A stretch of DNA of 60,999 nt, the filler included, from Globobulimina sp. (lineage: Eukaryota): assembly GCA_003354225.1 (NCBI GenBank). It is 13 parts of 13 records of this genome, joined end to end, with 100 filler letters (N's around TTAATTAATTAA, not from the genome) between each part and the next. Parts side by side here need not be neighbours in the genome. Positions count along the whole stretch, not along the records: positions 23,521 to 28,119 come from PIVH01001078.1; positions 28,220 to 32,818 come from PIVH01001079.1; positions 32,919 to 37,516 come from PIVH01001080.1; 10 more parts are not named here. The stretch is one strand, 5' to 3'. Position numbers and translations under genes: made by a program. Positions 23,799 through 35,286 of the stretch are shown here, in pieces. Numbering within the stretch: the stretch's first letter is position 1; each line of letters starts with the position of its first letter. A model generated the notes under the pieces. The model did not search any database. It was not told where the DNA came from and saw only the letters and a list, made by a program, of their open reading frames with translations.

Positions 23799-24305
23799 TA
23801 CTTCAAGTTTATTAAAGTTTACACAATGCATACATTCCAACAACCAAACTTAATGCATAACAAACAGCGCACAATATTACATTTAAAAAAATTCTTAAAA
23901 GAAACGAAAGAGGATGAATTTGAAGAATTTGCATCCACCACAATTGACTTAATTGAAGAGAAATTATCAAATAAATCAACGAGGCAATATTTAGGTTTAT
24001 TGTGTCGTCCAATTGATACATATCAAATCTACGGATATCTGACAAACACAAATATCGTAATTTTAGCGATCATTAAAAATGTAAATATCAAAGAATCGGA
24101 AGTAAAGCAAATGTTATATGCCTTACATATGGAATATGTGCATTATGTGGCAAATCCTTTCAGCATATTTGAACAAACAATAACTTCAACAGATTTCAAT
24201 TATAAAATACAAATTATTGGAAATCAATATACCACACAAATACTACAAATGAATAACTTATCCAACGCTAAAAAACCTATAAAATCGAAAAGTACCAAAC
24301 GATAA
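23799..24305 (+). CDS. TRAPPC2L: TRAPP subunit 2-like (Sedlin family), lacking its normal N-terminus and in frame with the S9 fragment
   Basis: IDLIEEK..YLGLLC..YQIYGYLTNTNI..LHMEYV..VANPF. Confidence 0.75.
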   Translation, partial: YFKFIKVYTMHTFQQPNLMHNKQRTILHLKKFLKETKEDEFEEFASTTIDLIEEKLSNKSTRQYLGLLCRPIDTYQIYGYLTNTNIVILAIIKNVNIKESEVKQMLYALHMEYVHYVANPFSIFEQTITSTDFNYKIQIIGNQYTTQILQMNNLSNAKKPIKSKSTKR

Positions 24306-24500
24306 CTGTCCACATAATTATCTAACCTTTAAATTGCATGTTTTGAGTACGTCTCATTAAATTTAATAAAATCTTGCATTTAAACTGTTTTTAATCATAC
24401 TCTTATCGGATTGCTTGTTTTTAATCCTTACAACATTTCCAAAAAACAATAAAAAAAAAATAAGTTATTCATCAAAACACAAACAAAGTCAACAAATCCA

Positions 24501-25311
24501 TCATTTCTTTGCGTTTCTGGCAGCTCTTCGATCATCTCTGGTCATGGCATGATAACCGGCTTTAATGGGAGCCACCGACCGCGAGGCACTGCACACCGAA
24601 CACGTCAAAAAATGCAATCTCGTCGCATTATCCTTTTCCATCATAGTTTTGGGTGACCGGCAATTATTACATGTCACATATTCTCCTGTGTAGTGTGGCA
24701 TGAGTGCAAGGATAAAAATATTAATACGATAAAAATAACTATTAACTTATATATTTCTTTAACAATGACTCGACTTGTTTTGGCTTCCACCGTCCTTTGA
24801 TGATAAACGACGAAGAACCGTCTAAATTGCCAGTGGTGTTCATCTCGGTCAAAAAAAATAATTTAACATGTTCTGGTTTGCGATCTAACTCAGTACAGAT
24901 TTTCTTGAAATTGCCCCAGCCCGTTTTCTTAGTGCCATGTAAGGCGGTTTGTGGTGGCGGCAATTTATGCGATTTTTTGTTAATTAACAATGGATTGTTA
25001 TCGTTTAATTGACGGAATATACGCTCTAATAAAACCGTATAAGGATAATCGCGCGAATCCGACTGTTTCCAATAAGTGTTTTCCAACGACGCTGTTTCTG
25101 AATTCTCGGTGGTTGGGCTGGAGGCATTGTTGTTGGCGTTGACTGTGGCCGAGGTGTTTTGCGATCTTTTTCTCTTTTTTTTCTTCTTTTTTTTCTTTTT
25201 TTTTAACATTGCTTCGAATTCAGCGATCTCTTCGTTCTTTTCTTTTTTTTCTCGTTCGGTGGTGATTGCACCGATCATGTCGAAGCCGACCCCTTCATCT
25301 ACGAATGTCAT
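24501..25311 (-). CDS. EIF2S2: Translation initiation factor eIF2 beta; intron 24746-24686
   Basis: Poly-Lys tract, Y.Y..LLERIF, GTKKT...NF..IC..L.R.PEHV..F, KYIREYVTCNNC..CSVC zinc finger, IKAGYHA. Confidence 0.95.
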
Positions 25312-25416
25312 GTTTAATTTGCAGTGGTTGTTATTGGGGATTATGGGGATATGTGACTATGGGAAGTAGGATGTTTTTGGGAAAGAAAATGATAAATGAA
25401 TTAATGTCTAACAATC

Positions 25417-26058
25417 TTATGTTTTGGTTTCGTTATTTTTCCTGTATCTTTCAGCATTCTCTTCCAATGATTTTTGACTGAGTTTCTCATAATGATCGAA
25501 ATTTAACATTAGCTGTTCGAAAAAATCCAACATGGACATATTTTCAACCTCTGTGTCAATTTGTTGGTCGTATTGTGTCATTTGAAAGTTTGTGCCCAGT
25601 CTGGTTTTCAACGGTTTTGCCCAAGATCTGAACAAATCATTCACCTCTGAAATATGTCTAATATTAAAAGACCAACAAAATAAGCCACTGAATCCAAAGC
25701 AAATCGACATTGTAAATATTGTGGATGTCATCAATGTTTTAAATGATAATGTCAATGCATTTTGATATCCATAATGTTGCCAATATTCACGTTGATTCCT
25801 AAATTTTGTCCATTGCAGTCTGTGTTCAATTGGTACATTACCCAAATATATTAATTTTGTGGGTCTATTTCTTATATTTTTTGGCAAATCCAGGAATTGA
25901 TTACTTTCTGGAATTTTATTTTTTAGCGTTGACATTGATATCCTATAAGTGGACAAAAACAATGCAGCACTAACTGCTGCAGCAGAAAATCCAAATAATA
26001 TCCACGGGAATGATTTGACGTTGCGTTTAGATGTTGACGCCACATCTTCATCAGACAT
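25417..26058 (-). CDS. Small two-TM membrane protein, possibly TMEM242/Aim11-like
   Basis: 213-aa ORF; LSFKTLMTSTIF..FCWSFNIRHISEV pattern; family call tentative. Confidence 0.45.
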   Translation of the reverse strand: MSDEDVASTSKRNVKSFPWILFGFSAAAVSAALFLSTYRISMSTLKNKIPESNQFLDLPKNIRNRPTKLIYLGNVPIEHRLQWTKFRNQREYWQHYGYQNALTLSFKTLMTSTIFTMSICFGFSGLFCWSFNIRHISEVNDLFRSWAKPLKTRLGTNFQMTQYDQQIDTEVENMSMLDFFEQLMLNFDHYEKLSQKSLEENAERYRKNNETKT

Positions 26059-26323
26059 AATCTAAAGGGAGGACTTTAATATGAAAACTTCAAAGATCAC
26101 TAAAATAATCAAACTAATTAAAATCTATACGTATGGTCAGATGAAATATTATTAACAATAACAAAATAGATAAAAAATTAACATCCATGGAAAGCTGTAA
26201 TCGAGCTTGTTCATATGGTATTGGATGTATGGAAATCCGCTGATTAGATTTAATTATATTTGTCAAAATGTAATCTAATGGACAAATACATGGAAGTACA
26301 TACAAAAAATCTAATTCCGCGAA

Positions 26324-26391
26324 GATAATGTATACAGTTTCAAACGTATTCCTGTTTCAAATTATTCATGTTCTAAAGTACTTCATTTTTT
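26324..26391. repeat. Dispersed intergenic repeat, copy 2
   Basis: Aligns by eye with 22155-22221. Confidence 0.7.
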
Positions 26392-26442
26392 GTTGGTGAC
26401 ATATTTAGTGAAAAAACTCTGAGTTGTCACTCATTTTAAGAC

Positions 26443-28119
26443 ATGGGAAATCAACAAGATACAAATAAGAAAGAATCAGTTGCTAAATCACCCAATTTCA
26501 AACCCAACAATGAAACAAGCTACAAAATGATGAAAAGTTATTTGTTGCTGTTGATATTGATGGTTTGTATTTTATATTGTAATAAATCATCTGAAATATA
26601 AACAAAAAGTGTCAGATGAGGATGATGATGCAATTCGTGACTTAATGGTGACCGGAACAGACCAATGGCAGCCTATATATGAAGCTTGGTGCAATGAGGA
26701 AGCTATAATTGATTGCATTGGCCAATTACGAATGTGTTATAAAGAAACTAAGCATGGTTTTAGTATGAATTATGTTGGTACCGGCACAGTATTTTGGGAG
26801 TCTCAGTCGCAGCGCGCATTTATTATCACTGTTGCACACAACATCAGACATCTCGTCAGACACTGTTTGGTTTGTGACAAATATATGGATAAAGAAAAGA
26901 TGCCAACAAAAGAAATGAGTGACAAAAGAATTGTGTGCTGTATTCATTGTAATCAACGCGTGGTTGCAACAAAATATATTGAAGCGAAATCAATTGAGTT
27001 TAAAAGACGATCAAACCAAAAACATCCATATCTTGATAAAAATACAGGTAAAAGCTATCATTTTGGGGACAAAATCCATACATATGATCCAGTAAAATGT
27101 GAGTTTATTGGAAGTGGCAATTTAAGGTAAATATTTGATAACGTTTCTATAGTTTGTATATAATTAACATATAATTGAATCACTGCGAATTAAAAGCTTA
27201 GAACGTGACAGCATATCTGTTATGTAATAATAGACAAGAAATATGATAGTAACTATATACAAACCATAACTACGTTATCCGCTATTTGTGCATTCAGTGA
27301 ACCTGGCGGAGACTCAATTAATTGTTATCGACATTGTATGCGCTGTGATGGTGGTTATGATTGGGCAGTTTTATCATTTACTGACGATGACAAATATTAT
27401 GATGATAAATGTAAAAATATTGTGATTAAGAATGGAGTTAAAACAATGGAATGGTTACAACAACAACATGAATGTTTTAATATTTTTGGAATTCCCGGTC
27501 CCGGCAATGGAGATTTTGGCAACAAATTAGTTGGTATGAAATCAATTGGCGATGAGTTTGAAATAAAAGAACACGAAACAACGCATGAAAAATATTTATA
27601 TCAACAAGTTATTGATTGTGAAGGGGGACAGTCAGGTTCCTCACTGTGGACAAAATATGCAAGAGATCAGAAATATTTTTTATTTGGTGTTCATACTGGC
27701 GGCAAAACAACAGATAATATGGAGGCAAATCTTGCAGTGTTATTTAGTGATTTTGCGGTGGAGAATATTAGGCGAATAATATCAGAAAAAAAAGAAACTA
27801 CGCCAGTACCAATTGCGCCAATTATTAGTATTCGTGGAATGATATTAAATATCAAAGCAAATGAAAATTATATAATACGCAGATTTAAAGTGCGAGTTCA
27901 TGAGAAAGAGGAAGATGAAAAGAGAATGGATTGGAATATTAATGATATGGTTATTGACAGTTCAAACACTAAAATTAAATATGACATGATGCCATTTATA
28001 AAGGAAAGAAGATTGAGAGAGGAAACACAATTCGATATAGAAGCAGCAGCGGGCAATAATTATGGATTCGGATCATTTTCAAAAGTTTTATCATTTACAA
28101 CGCCTGATTTAAACACTAT
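26443..28119 (+). CDS. Multi-exon trypsin-like (V8/glutamyl endopeptidase-type) serine protease with a CxxC..CxxC insert and FN3-like C-terminal segment, 3'-truncated; exon boundaries uncertain
   Basis: GTGTV, ITVAHN (His), YDWAVL (Asp), DCEGGQSGS (Ser), GVHTGG; AGNNYGFGSFS..SFTT; putative MGN start at 26443. Confidence 0.8.
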
Positions 28120-28219
28120 NNNNNNNNNNNNNNNNNNNNNNNNNNNNNNNNNNNNNNNNNNNNTTAATTAATTAANNNNNNNNNNNNNNNNNNNNNNNNN
28201 NNNNNNNNNNNNNNNNNNN

Positions 28220-28338
28220 CCAAAATGTTTATCAATTGATTTTCGTTTACATTTGAATGAATTGCATTTATCGCATGTAATAACCACAAATGGACATTCT
28301 TGACCATGCTCTTCATATTGTTGAATTTGCCCCGTCCA
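28220..28338. repeat. 119-bp exact terminal direct repeat, left copy
   Basis: Identical to 32700-32818. Confidence 0.95.
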
Positions 28339-28741
28339 GTCACATTCGTCTGATACTTTTGTGTCGATTATGTTGCTACCTTCTGTTTCTTCAGTTGGTT
28401 GAATATGTACAGATACATTTTGTGATACACTCAAACATTTAGTTTTTAATTTATTTATCATTTTTTGTACAGCTTTTACTGCGGTTACTTTATCCATATT
28501 TTGTGCACATTTTGAACATACAATATCAGCATCCTCATTATTCATACATGCTTTCGGAATGCCTTGACATCTTAATTAAGAGTTGGGAGACTGATTTTAT
28601 ATAATATTGTTTCACAGAACTGACATACTTCACACATGAAAATGCCATTGCATATCCTGGATTTAATATGAGAGACATTGGCCACACGTGATCACCCTCA
28701 TTTTGGATTTCTGTTTGAGGTTCATTTAGTGCTTCTGCCAT
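28220..28741 (-). CDS. TRAF-like zinc-finger protein, 5' half (degenerate RING-like region, CDWTG..H..ECP)
   Basis: KMINKLKTKC, CDWTGQIQQYEEHGQECPFVVITCDKC; continues at the opposite contig end. Confidence 0.75.
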
Positions 28742-28779
28742 GCCTAGTACTGCAAAATAGATACAACTAAATCAAAAAA

Positions 28780-29946
28780 ATGCTCGTAGTTTTGTTTATA
28801 GCATGGCTTCAGTTTGCAACAAGTTTAACTGAAAAAGAAACCACATTCAATGCTCAAATAATATCACAGCATGCAACATTTATGCCTCACAATCATTTAA
28901 AATTATCATTAAACAATTCATGGGGATTTAAATCAACGGTAACTTCCAGTATATCACTTAAAATGTCATTTAATTCATCTATACCATTTTCTAATGATAA
29001 TGCACATATGTTGATGGTATTCAATATCGCAGATATGCAATGTTTCAGTTTCTTGCTATATTTAAATGATACAAATATTAACACCAAAATGCAGTCATTA
29101 ATTTCATCTGAAAAATATACAAAAAATCCAAGTGAATGGGTATTTTCCACCACATTCAATCCATTACAATCAATATCTCAACAAACTTTATCATCTCCAT
29201 TGCAATTTGTAATAACGAATGAACCAATCAATAATAGATCATATTTTAGATTTTATTACAATGCAACCAATCCACTTAGTATCGGATATCAATATAACAT
29301 ATCACTTATTCCTCATAAAAATATGGTTGTATACATTTTGTGGGGTAATATTACAAATCCATTTGATGCATTAACGTTTAATGTCATATTAACCACACAA
29401 TCAACAACTAATATTACCACATTGCAACCAAACAATTATTCATTGTATACACCGATAGCAAATGCAACAAATATTAATCAATTGACAACCAAACAAAAAG
29501 AGGAAACATTTCTGCAAAGATTGTTTTCTTTTAATTCCAGAGATAATCTGATCATATTTTGCTTGTTATGCAGTGGTATGTTCATTTTGCTGTTGCAAAT
29601 ATGTTGGATGATGCTGACAAATATTAAATTACGAACGGATCGGGTCAGTGAAATGGAATCAGAGATAGAAATTTCGAATGAAATTATGGAGAAATCGGAA
29701 TGTACATTAAATGGACAAAGGACACGTATAATACCAACATATGATGAGGACAGTGATGAGATTGAATTGTGTGGTATGATGGCCATGGAGATGACAAAAA
29801 AGAAAGTGTTCTCCCCGTCAGAATATGAAAGTGTTCGCCCATTTCACATTGGTCACCACATCAGAATGGCCACTGAAAGCAAACAAACACGAACGAGTGC
29901 GCGTGTTCCAGATATTAACCAACTTATCCTTGGAAGCAGTGCATAG
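28780..29946 (+). CDS. Uncharacterised type I membrane protein; the last ~36 codons come from an antisense WD40 fragment
   Basis: Signal peptide, single TM (LIIFCLLCSGMFILLLQICWMML), acidic tail. Confidence 0.65.
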   Translation: MLVVLFIAWLQFATSLTEKETTFNAQIISQHATFMPHNHLKLSLNNSWGFKSTVTSSISLKMSFNSSIPFSNDNAHMLMVFNIADMQCFSFLLYLNDTNINTKMQSLISSEKYTKNPSEWVFSTTFNPLQSISQQTLSSPLQFVITNEPINNRSYFRFYYNATNPLSIGYQYNISLIPHKNMVVYILWGNITNPFDALTFNVILTTQSTTNITTLQPNNYSLYTPIANATNINQLTTKQKEETFLQRLFSFNSRDNLIIFCLLCSGMFILLLQICWMMLTNIKLRTDRVSEMESEIEISNEIMEKSECTLNGQRTRIIPTYDEDSDEIELCGMMAMEMTKKKVFSPSEYESVRPFHIGHHIRMATESKQTRTSARVPDINQLILGSSA

Positions 29947-29979
29947 CCGCTCGCATTTCCCGCCATTCAAATGAAACGG
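29836..29979 (-). pseudogene. Isolated Notchless/Rsa4-like WD40 fragment
   Basis: PFHLNGGKCERLCTASKDKLVNIWNTRTRSCLFAFSGHSDVVTNVKW resembles NLE1 P.HLN..C..ASSSKDG..IWD...C...GH...VT...W. Confidence 0.65.
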
Positions 29980-29984
29980 AATTG

Positions 29985-30140
29985 TAATATGATAACTATA
30001 CAATTGCCGTCAAAATCGATTTCAAATTATCTAAATAATGAAGACGAGGTGCTGCATTTACGGAAATTAGGGATTCAGCGCGTTCTGTTGATTGTTTTGG
30101 GTGTTCTTGTTGAGATTTTGGTATATCTGATGATGGTTTG
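29985..30140 (-). pseudogene. Acyltransferase-3 (OpgC/MdoC-like) N-terminal fragment
   Basis: RLHYLDNLKSILTAIV followed immediately by a stop or frameshift. Confidence 0.6.
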
Positions 30141-30372
30141 GTGAATAGGAAATAAATAATTACCAATAGTGTGGAGTAACACTTCAAACACGCAAAACTC
30201 AAAATTTAACAAATGAAAGGTCTTACACATTGCAACGCCTCGTATGTGGAATGATGATCATCTATTTATGTTGGTGATTGTTAATGTGATCATTTATCGA
30301 GTGCATTGCACAAAATAACAGTAAATTCATTAAAAAAACAATTATATATCATTTCTTAATTACACTTTAAAA

Positions 30373-31423
30373 CTATACATTTTGATTTGACAGTTGTATT
30401 TCCTGATTTTCCTCTTGTAGTTGCTTTGTGTTTTTGTGATCATTAATATATGAAACTGTTTTTGATCGTATTGCTCTTTGCCATGCATTGGGTATAATAT
30501 TAATACCATTACTATCATCATTTGATGATTTTGATTGTTGTGATAGACAACAAATATTAACACAAAATTTAAATTTAACAAATCTAAACATTAAAAATAC
30601 GCACCAAACATTTATTGCCCAATCCAATGGATAAAACCAACCTAACTCCTCATTAAAATCTGTGATTGCACTTACACCAAATATCCATGTTGAAATCATT
30701 GCAATTAATGCTAAAATAGTTTGTCGTAATGCTAATCTAATAAATTTATCATTTAATCTATCTGCCTCTTTATTTTGTTTTGTTACCTAACAGTCAGTAA
30801 CAGATATATTAATTAAATATTGATCACTCACATATGTTGACATAAGTTTACATGACCTGTATTAATCTGGAAACGAATAAATATATCAATATACATTGAA
30901 ATATGCAGTCACAAAAAAAATGTGGTAACGTATAGTGTAATTGCCCTGCATTTGAGCAATAAATACCAAATTTTAAATTTTTAGATGGTTTTGCATTCAC
31001 TGTCATTGTTGATATCCAAATTGAATTAAATATGATATATTCAAATATTATAAATATGCGAAATATCCATAGGTATTTTATATTTACTTCGTATATTGAT
31101 CCACGAAATGCGTATTCAATTCTAACGGTAAACAAAATTAATAAAAACGCGCGGCCAAAAGCAACTATAATTTCTTCGATTGTATCAGAGATCCTGCACA
31201 GATGTTCATTGATAATATACCGATAAATAAGATTATATAAAGGAATTATTGTTGCCATAATGAAATATGCTAAAGAAATTCGAATTAAATTGGTTTTGAT
31301 TTTTTTCGTTTTTTTAAACTTAATAAAGTAAAGAGTGTAACCAATGATTAAAACATTAGACAATGTTGTCAGTGCTATGCTTGTATAACGAACAACCAAT
31401 GCTGGTGTTGCCATTTTGACCAA
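30373..31423 (-). CDS. Orphan 7TM (GPCR-like) membrane protein; intron 30856-30787
   Basis: Two ORFs joined by a phase-0 GT-AG intron; LFVSRL..RQTILALIAMIST..D..IN.WCVFLMF parallels the 20836-21843 gene. Confidence 0.75.
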
Positions 31424-31661
31424 GAGTTTTTTTGTTGACGAAAGCCAGTATTAGTAAGGCAACATCAACACTTATTCCCAAAAACGCCTATAATATACTA
31501 TTACCAGAAGTCAATAAAATCGTGCCTGGGAACGTGTTTCTAAAAATTAAAAAGTATACATGTTTCAAATTATTATAATGTTTTTTTAATTAAAAAAAAA
31601 AGAAAACTGAATGATTTTTCTATACAAATATTATAATAATTACATTGACTGAACCTTGCCA

Positions 31662-32818
31662 TTATGGTACACCAAATACACGCAAAGTGCCACAACTTGC
31701 ATAACCACTTGAATTAAATACTCTCACTGCTCCTGTATATTGCCCAACATTTATCCTTGTGACTCTATCACTTGGCATAAGCTTTGATGACTTTGATCGA
31801 AAATCTTTTAACATTTGAAATTCATTGTCCGTATTTTTATATTGTACCACACAAGAAAATCTATTTGTGTTGTGGTCAGTTCCCCAGCCCCCAGACATTT
31901 TATTCCCACATCCTTTCACTTCAATATATTTAACAAACTTTACTGCGCCTAAATCTGCTAAGATATATTGATTTGTATTACCATGTGTTGTCCCAGCACC
32001 CATGTTTTCGTCATCTGAAATCAAATGTTCATAAGAATTTGGTGGTGCATCATACTTTGAACTCATTATTAATGTATATACTAATTGTTCAGGTTGGCTT
32101 CGTTTGATAGCCTCTCTTAATTCTTGATGTATTTTCGTGGATTCTTTTGATTCGTCGTTTAATAATTCCACTTGCTTCAAAACTGCGGTTAATGTATTTG
32201 AATTTGAATTTAATTTCTCCTCAAGATTGACAATTGTATTATTGAGCTGTACATGCACAATTTTTAATTTATACCTTTTTTCATATAATATCATGACACA
32301 AAATATACAGACAAAACTTGAGTGGTAACAAAATCAAATTTATTTGATAAATGTTCAAATTTATACTCATCCATATGTTGTTTTAAATTGTTTGCTCGTA
32401 AATTCTCCATTTTACAGCCATATTTACCAAATTCACAATGAACAATTCTTGAATCACATTCCGCCGCAACATGTTGTTTGAAACTTTTCCTTTCAATCTG
32501 AAGCTTACAATCATCATTGGAACAATCTAATAATTGCTTAACGCACACATTCTGTAAATGATATTCAGTGTTCTTTCTCAATATTTTTGAACCTTATTCA
32601 CAAATCACAATACTTATTAATTAAATGTAAAATATATATAAGGAAATATTATACAAACCACACTCTAATGGACAATCAATTGATATTTCCGGACATTGAC
32701 CAAAATGTTTATCAATTGATTTTCGTTTACATTTGAATGAATTGCATTTATCGCATGTAATAACCACAAATGGACATTCTTGACCATGCTCTTCATATTG
32801 TTGAATTTGCCCCGTCCA
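31662..32818 (-). CDS. TRAF-like zinc-finger protein, 3' half (TRAF zinc fingers, coiled coil, galactose-binding/discoidin-like C-terminus), multi-exon
   Basis: H...CPEISIDCPLEC, HLQNVC, HVAAECDSRIVHCEFGKYGC..HM..HL, ILADLGAVKFVKYIEVKG. Confidence 0.75.
32700..32818. repeat. 119-bp exact terminal direct repeat, right copy
   Basis: Identical to 28220-28338. Confidence 0.95.
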
Positions 32819-33232
32819 NNNNNNNNNNNNNNNNNNNNNNNNNNNNNNNNNNNNNNNNNNNNTTAATTAATTAANNNNNNNNNNNNNNNNNNNNNNNNNN
32901 NNNNNNNNNNNNNNNNNNACACACACACATAAAAAACACTTAATTTTTTTGACACTACATAAACAAGAAAAAAAAACAAATAAAATGGTATGTAACACTA
33001 AGAAAAGAGATGATTGTATCATTACAAAAAACAAACAAAAAAAAAACAAAAAATGTGTTTGATGAAACTAATCTCTTCGTCACAGTCAAGCACTCAACTT
33101 ACAGTACAAAACAAGCATTTACTTATATTATATATATATTTAATGTCATAATTGAGTGATTTGCTGTACATATAATTGAGTGATTTGCTGTACAATATTT
33201 CAAAAAAAATATATTTATATAAATAGATAGAA

Positions 33233-35027
33233 TCAATCACTGTCATCAATGTGTTTATTATTCCCAACCACATCAGGTAACATCCCGAGGATACCTGAAC
33301 TTGGCTGATTATGCAAACTAAGCACAACTTTTCCATCCAGCATTGTAGCATCAGTCCAAACCTCATTTACAACCTCATTTTTCTCCTCAATCTCCTCAGT
33401 ATCAGCTAAATGTTCCAATGCAGATTGCAAATTCTTATTAATTCTCATTATTTCTGGAGCCACTTTCTGTTCATTTACTTCTGTACCATTACTATACGAC
33501 TGCTGCTTATGTCCATGTGGCATAATCGGAGCTAATGGGTGTCTCTGCATAGTTGGATACGACACATAGTGAGCTTCAAGCTGCGGACATGATTGTTGCC
33601 GCTGCCGTTGCCGGTGATGATTATACGCAGCATATTGTGTTACGATGCGGCGCTGTATACACAATCTGACTCATCGAATTATTAGCGGTGTAATAAAATG
33701 TATTCATTGACGCTTTTGTATTAATTGAACTGCCAGACACCACACTCAATGCTTCCATATCATTGGTATGAGAATGTATTGATTCTTTTCGCTGTTTAAA
33801 TGTTAGCGTTTTTGCACTGGAATTATACGATGGGTTTCTAGTCATTTCTAGATCTGCATATTGTGGGAAATGCACATTATTCGTATTTGCAACGGCTTTG
33901 CCTGGCACTGGAACAGATATTGCTTTTTTTAGTGATGGAATATTGCTGGAGGCTGCTTGTAATGGAATATGTGTACTGGTTTTGGATGATATTTCCTGTG
34001 AAAATGACCTCGCTGTCATTTTATTCATTTTATTGGTTGCCAGAGAAGTATGACGTTTTTGAGCCAGCGAACTGTTACTTGCGGCAGCAACAAATTGGCC
34101 AATTCGATTTTGCTCTGACAATTCCTTGGTGTATTTATATTGTATTCGCATATAAAATAATAATACGGATATTAGGCATAATGTACTTGCTATCAATGCG
34201 AATATAACCCACCACAAAAAATAAATCCTTGATAAAAGGCTCCAGAAACTTGGCTCTGTATACATATATTTCATTGTTTGCAAGATCGATTTGCGAGATT
34301 TAAAAGAATTTATATAATAACTTTGTGTTTCTGGAAAATATGTAGTTTGACTATAAATTCTGAAATAAAAACATATCGTTTGGTGATATATTAAATTATA
34401 TGCATATATTGACTGTAACTGTGTGGTGTTTGGTGAGTAGATATCATTGCATTCATTGTCGTTATTTATACATTGCGATGATTGAGCGAGGTCGAATAAA
34501 CATTGGTTATTGGATTGGCAAAAGATAGTACCACTAAATTGAGTATTGAGTGCAGTATAATTTAGCAATTTTATTGATTGCCAGCCATTGTGTGAATAAA
34601 TGGCAATGTTTGAGTTTGTGTTATGGTTTATTTGCACAACACAGGTTTTAATATTTTGATTTTGATGGTTTGTAGATGCGGATAGTGGACAATGTACAGT
34701 AATGGCAGAACATGAATAGGTTGAATCACAAATTAGGTCCAGTTTGCTTGCATTATTTGCCAATATTATTGTGTTTTTGCATGATTGTGCATTATTGCAA
34801 ATTATACGACAACGATGCAGATTATCGGAAGGACATCTGATGGTTCTATGATCGCAATCGTTTTGAGAACAACTAACAGAACAATCGTCTTGCGCTGAGC
34901 ATATAATATGCGTTGTATTGTTGATGGTTTGTGTAGCATTACATGCGTTGGTCAGGATGATCAATGAAAGCCAGTAAACCCTGAACAAACATGTCAAAGA
35001 TACCATTGCGAAACGGACTGAATTCAC
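33233..35027 (-). CDS. Cys-rich ectodomain single-pass membrane protein with an apparent frame break near 33660
   Basis: Signal peptide, periodic C..C repeats and TM; ORF 33233-33664 overlaps in another frame and reads like the natural tail. Confidence 0.6.
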
Positions 35028-35286
35028 TGAAAGTTTTTGGAGTTAATCATTTTCTCTTGCAATATCAATACAAGCAGACAATGCATTCAATAATGAACGT
35101 CGAGCAGCATGATTCGAATCATGAAATGCAGCATTTTAAAAAGTATGTTTTTTATTCACAAACCTCAAAATACAGTATACATTTGCCAATATACAAAGAT
35201 ACATAAATTCCGAACAATGTTTACCGACCAAAGAAGAAAAAGATCTAGAAATAATTGAAGATGATAATGATGAACTAAATGAATCT

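Noticed and set aside
33148-33194. 24-bp tandem duplication
   Set aside because: Two copies in a 3' flank; ordinary slippage
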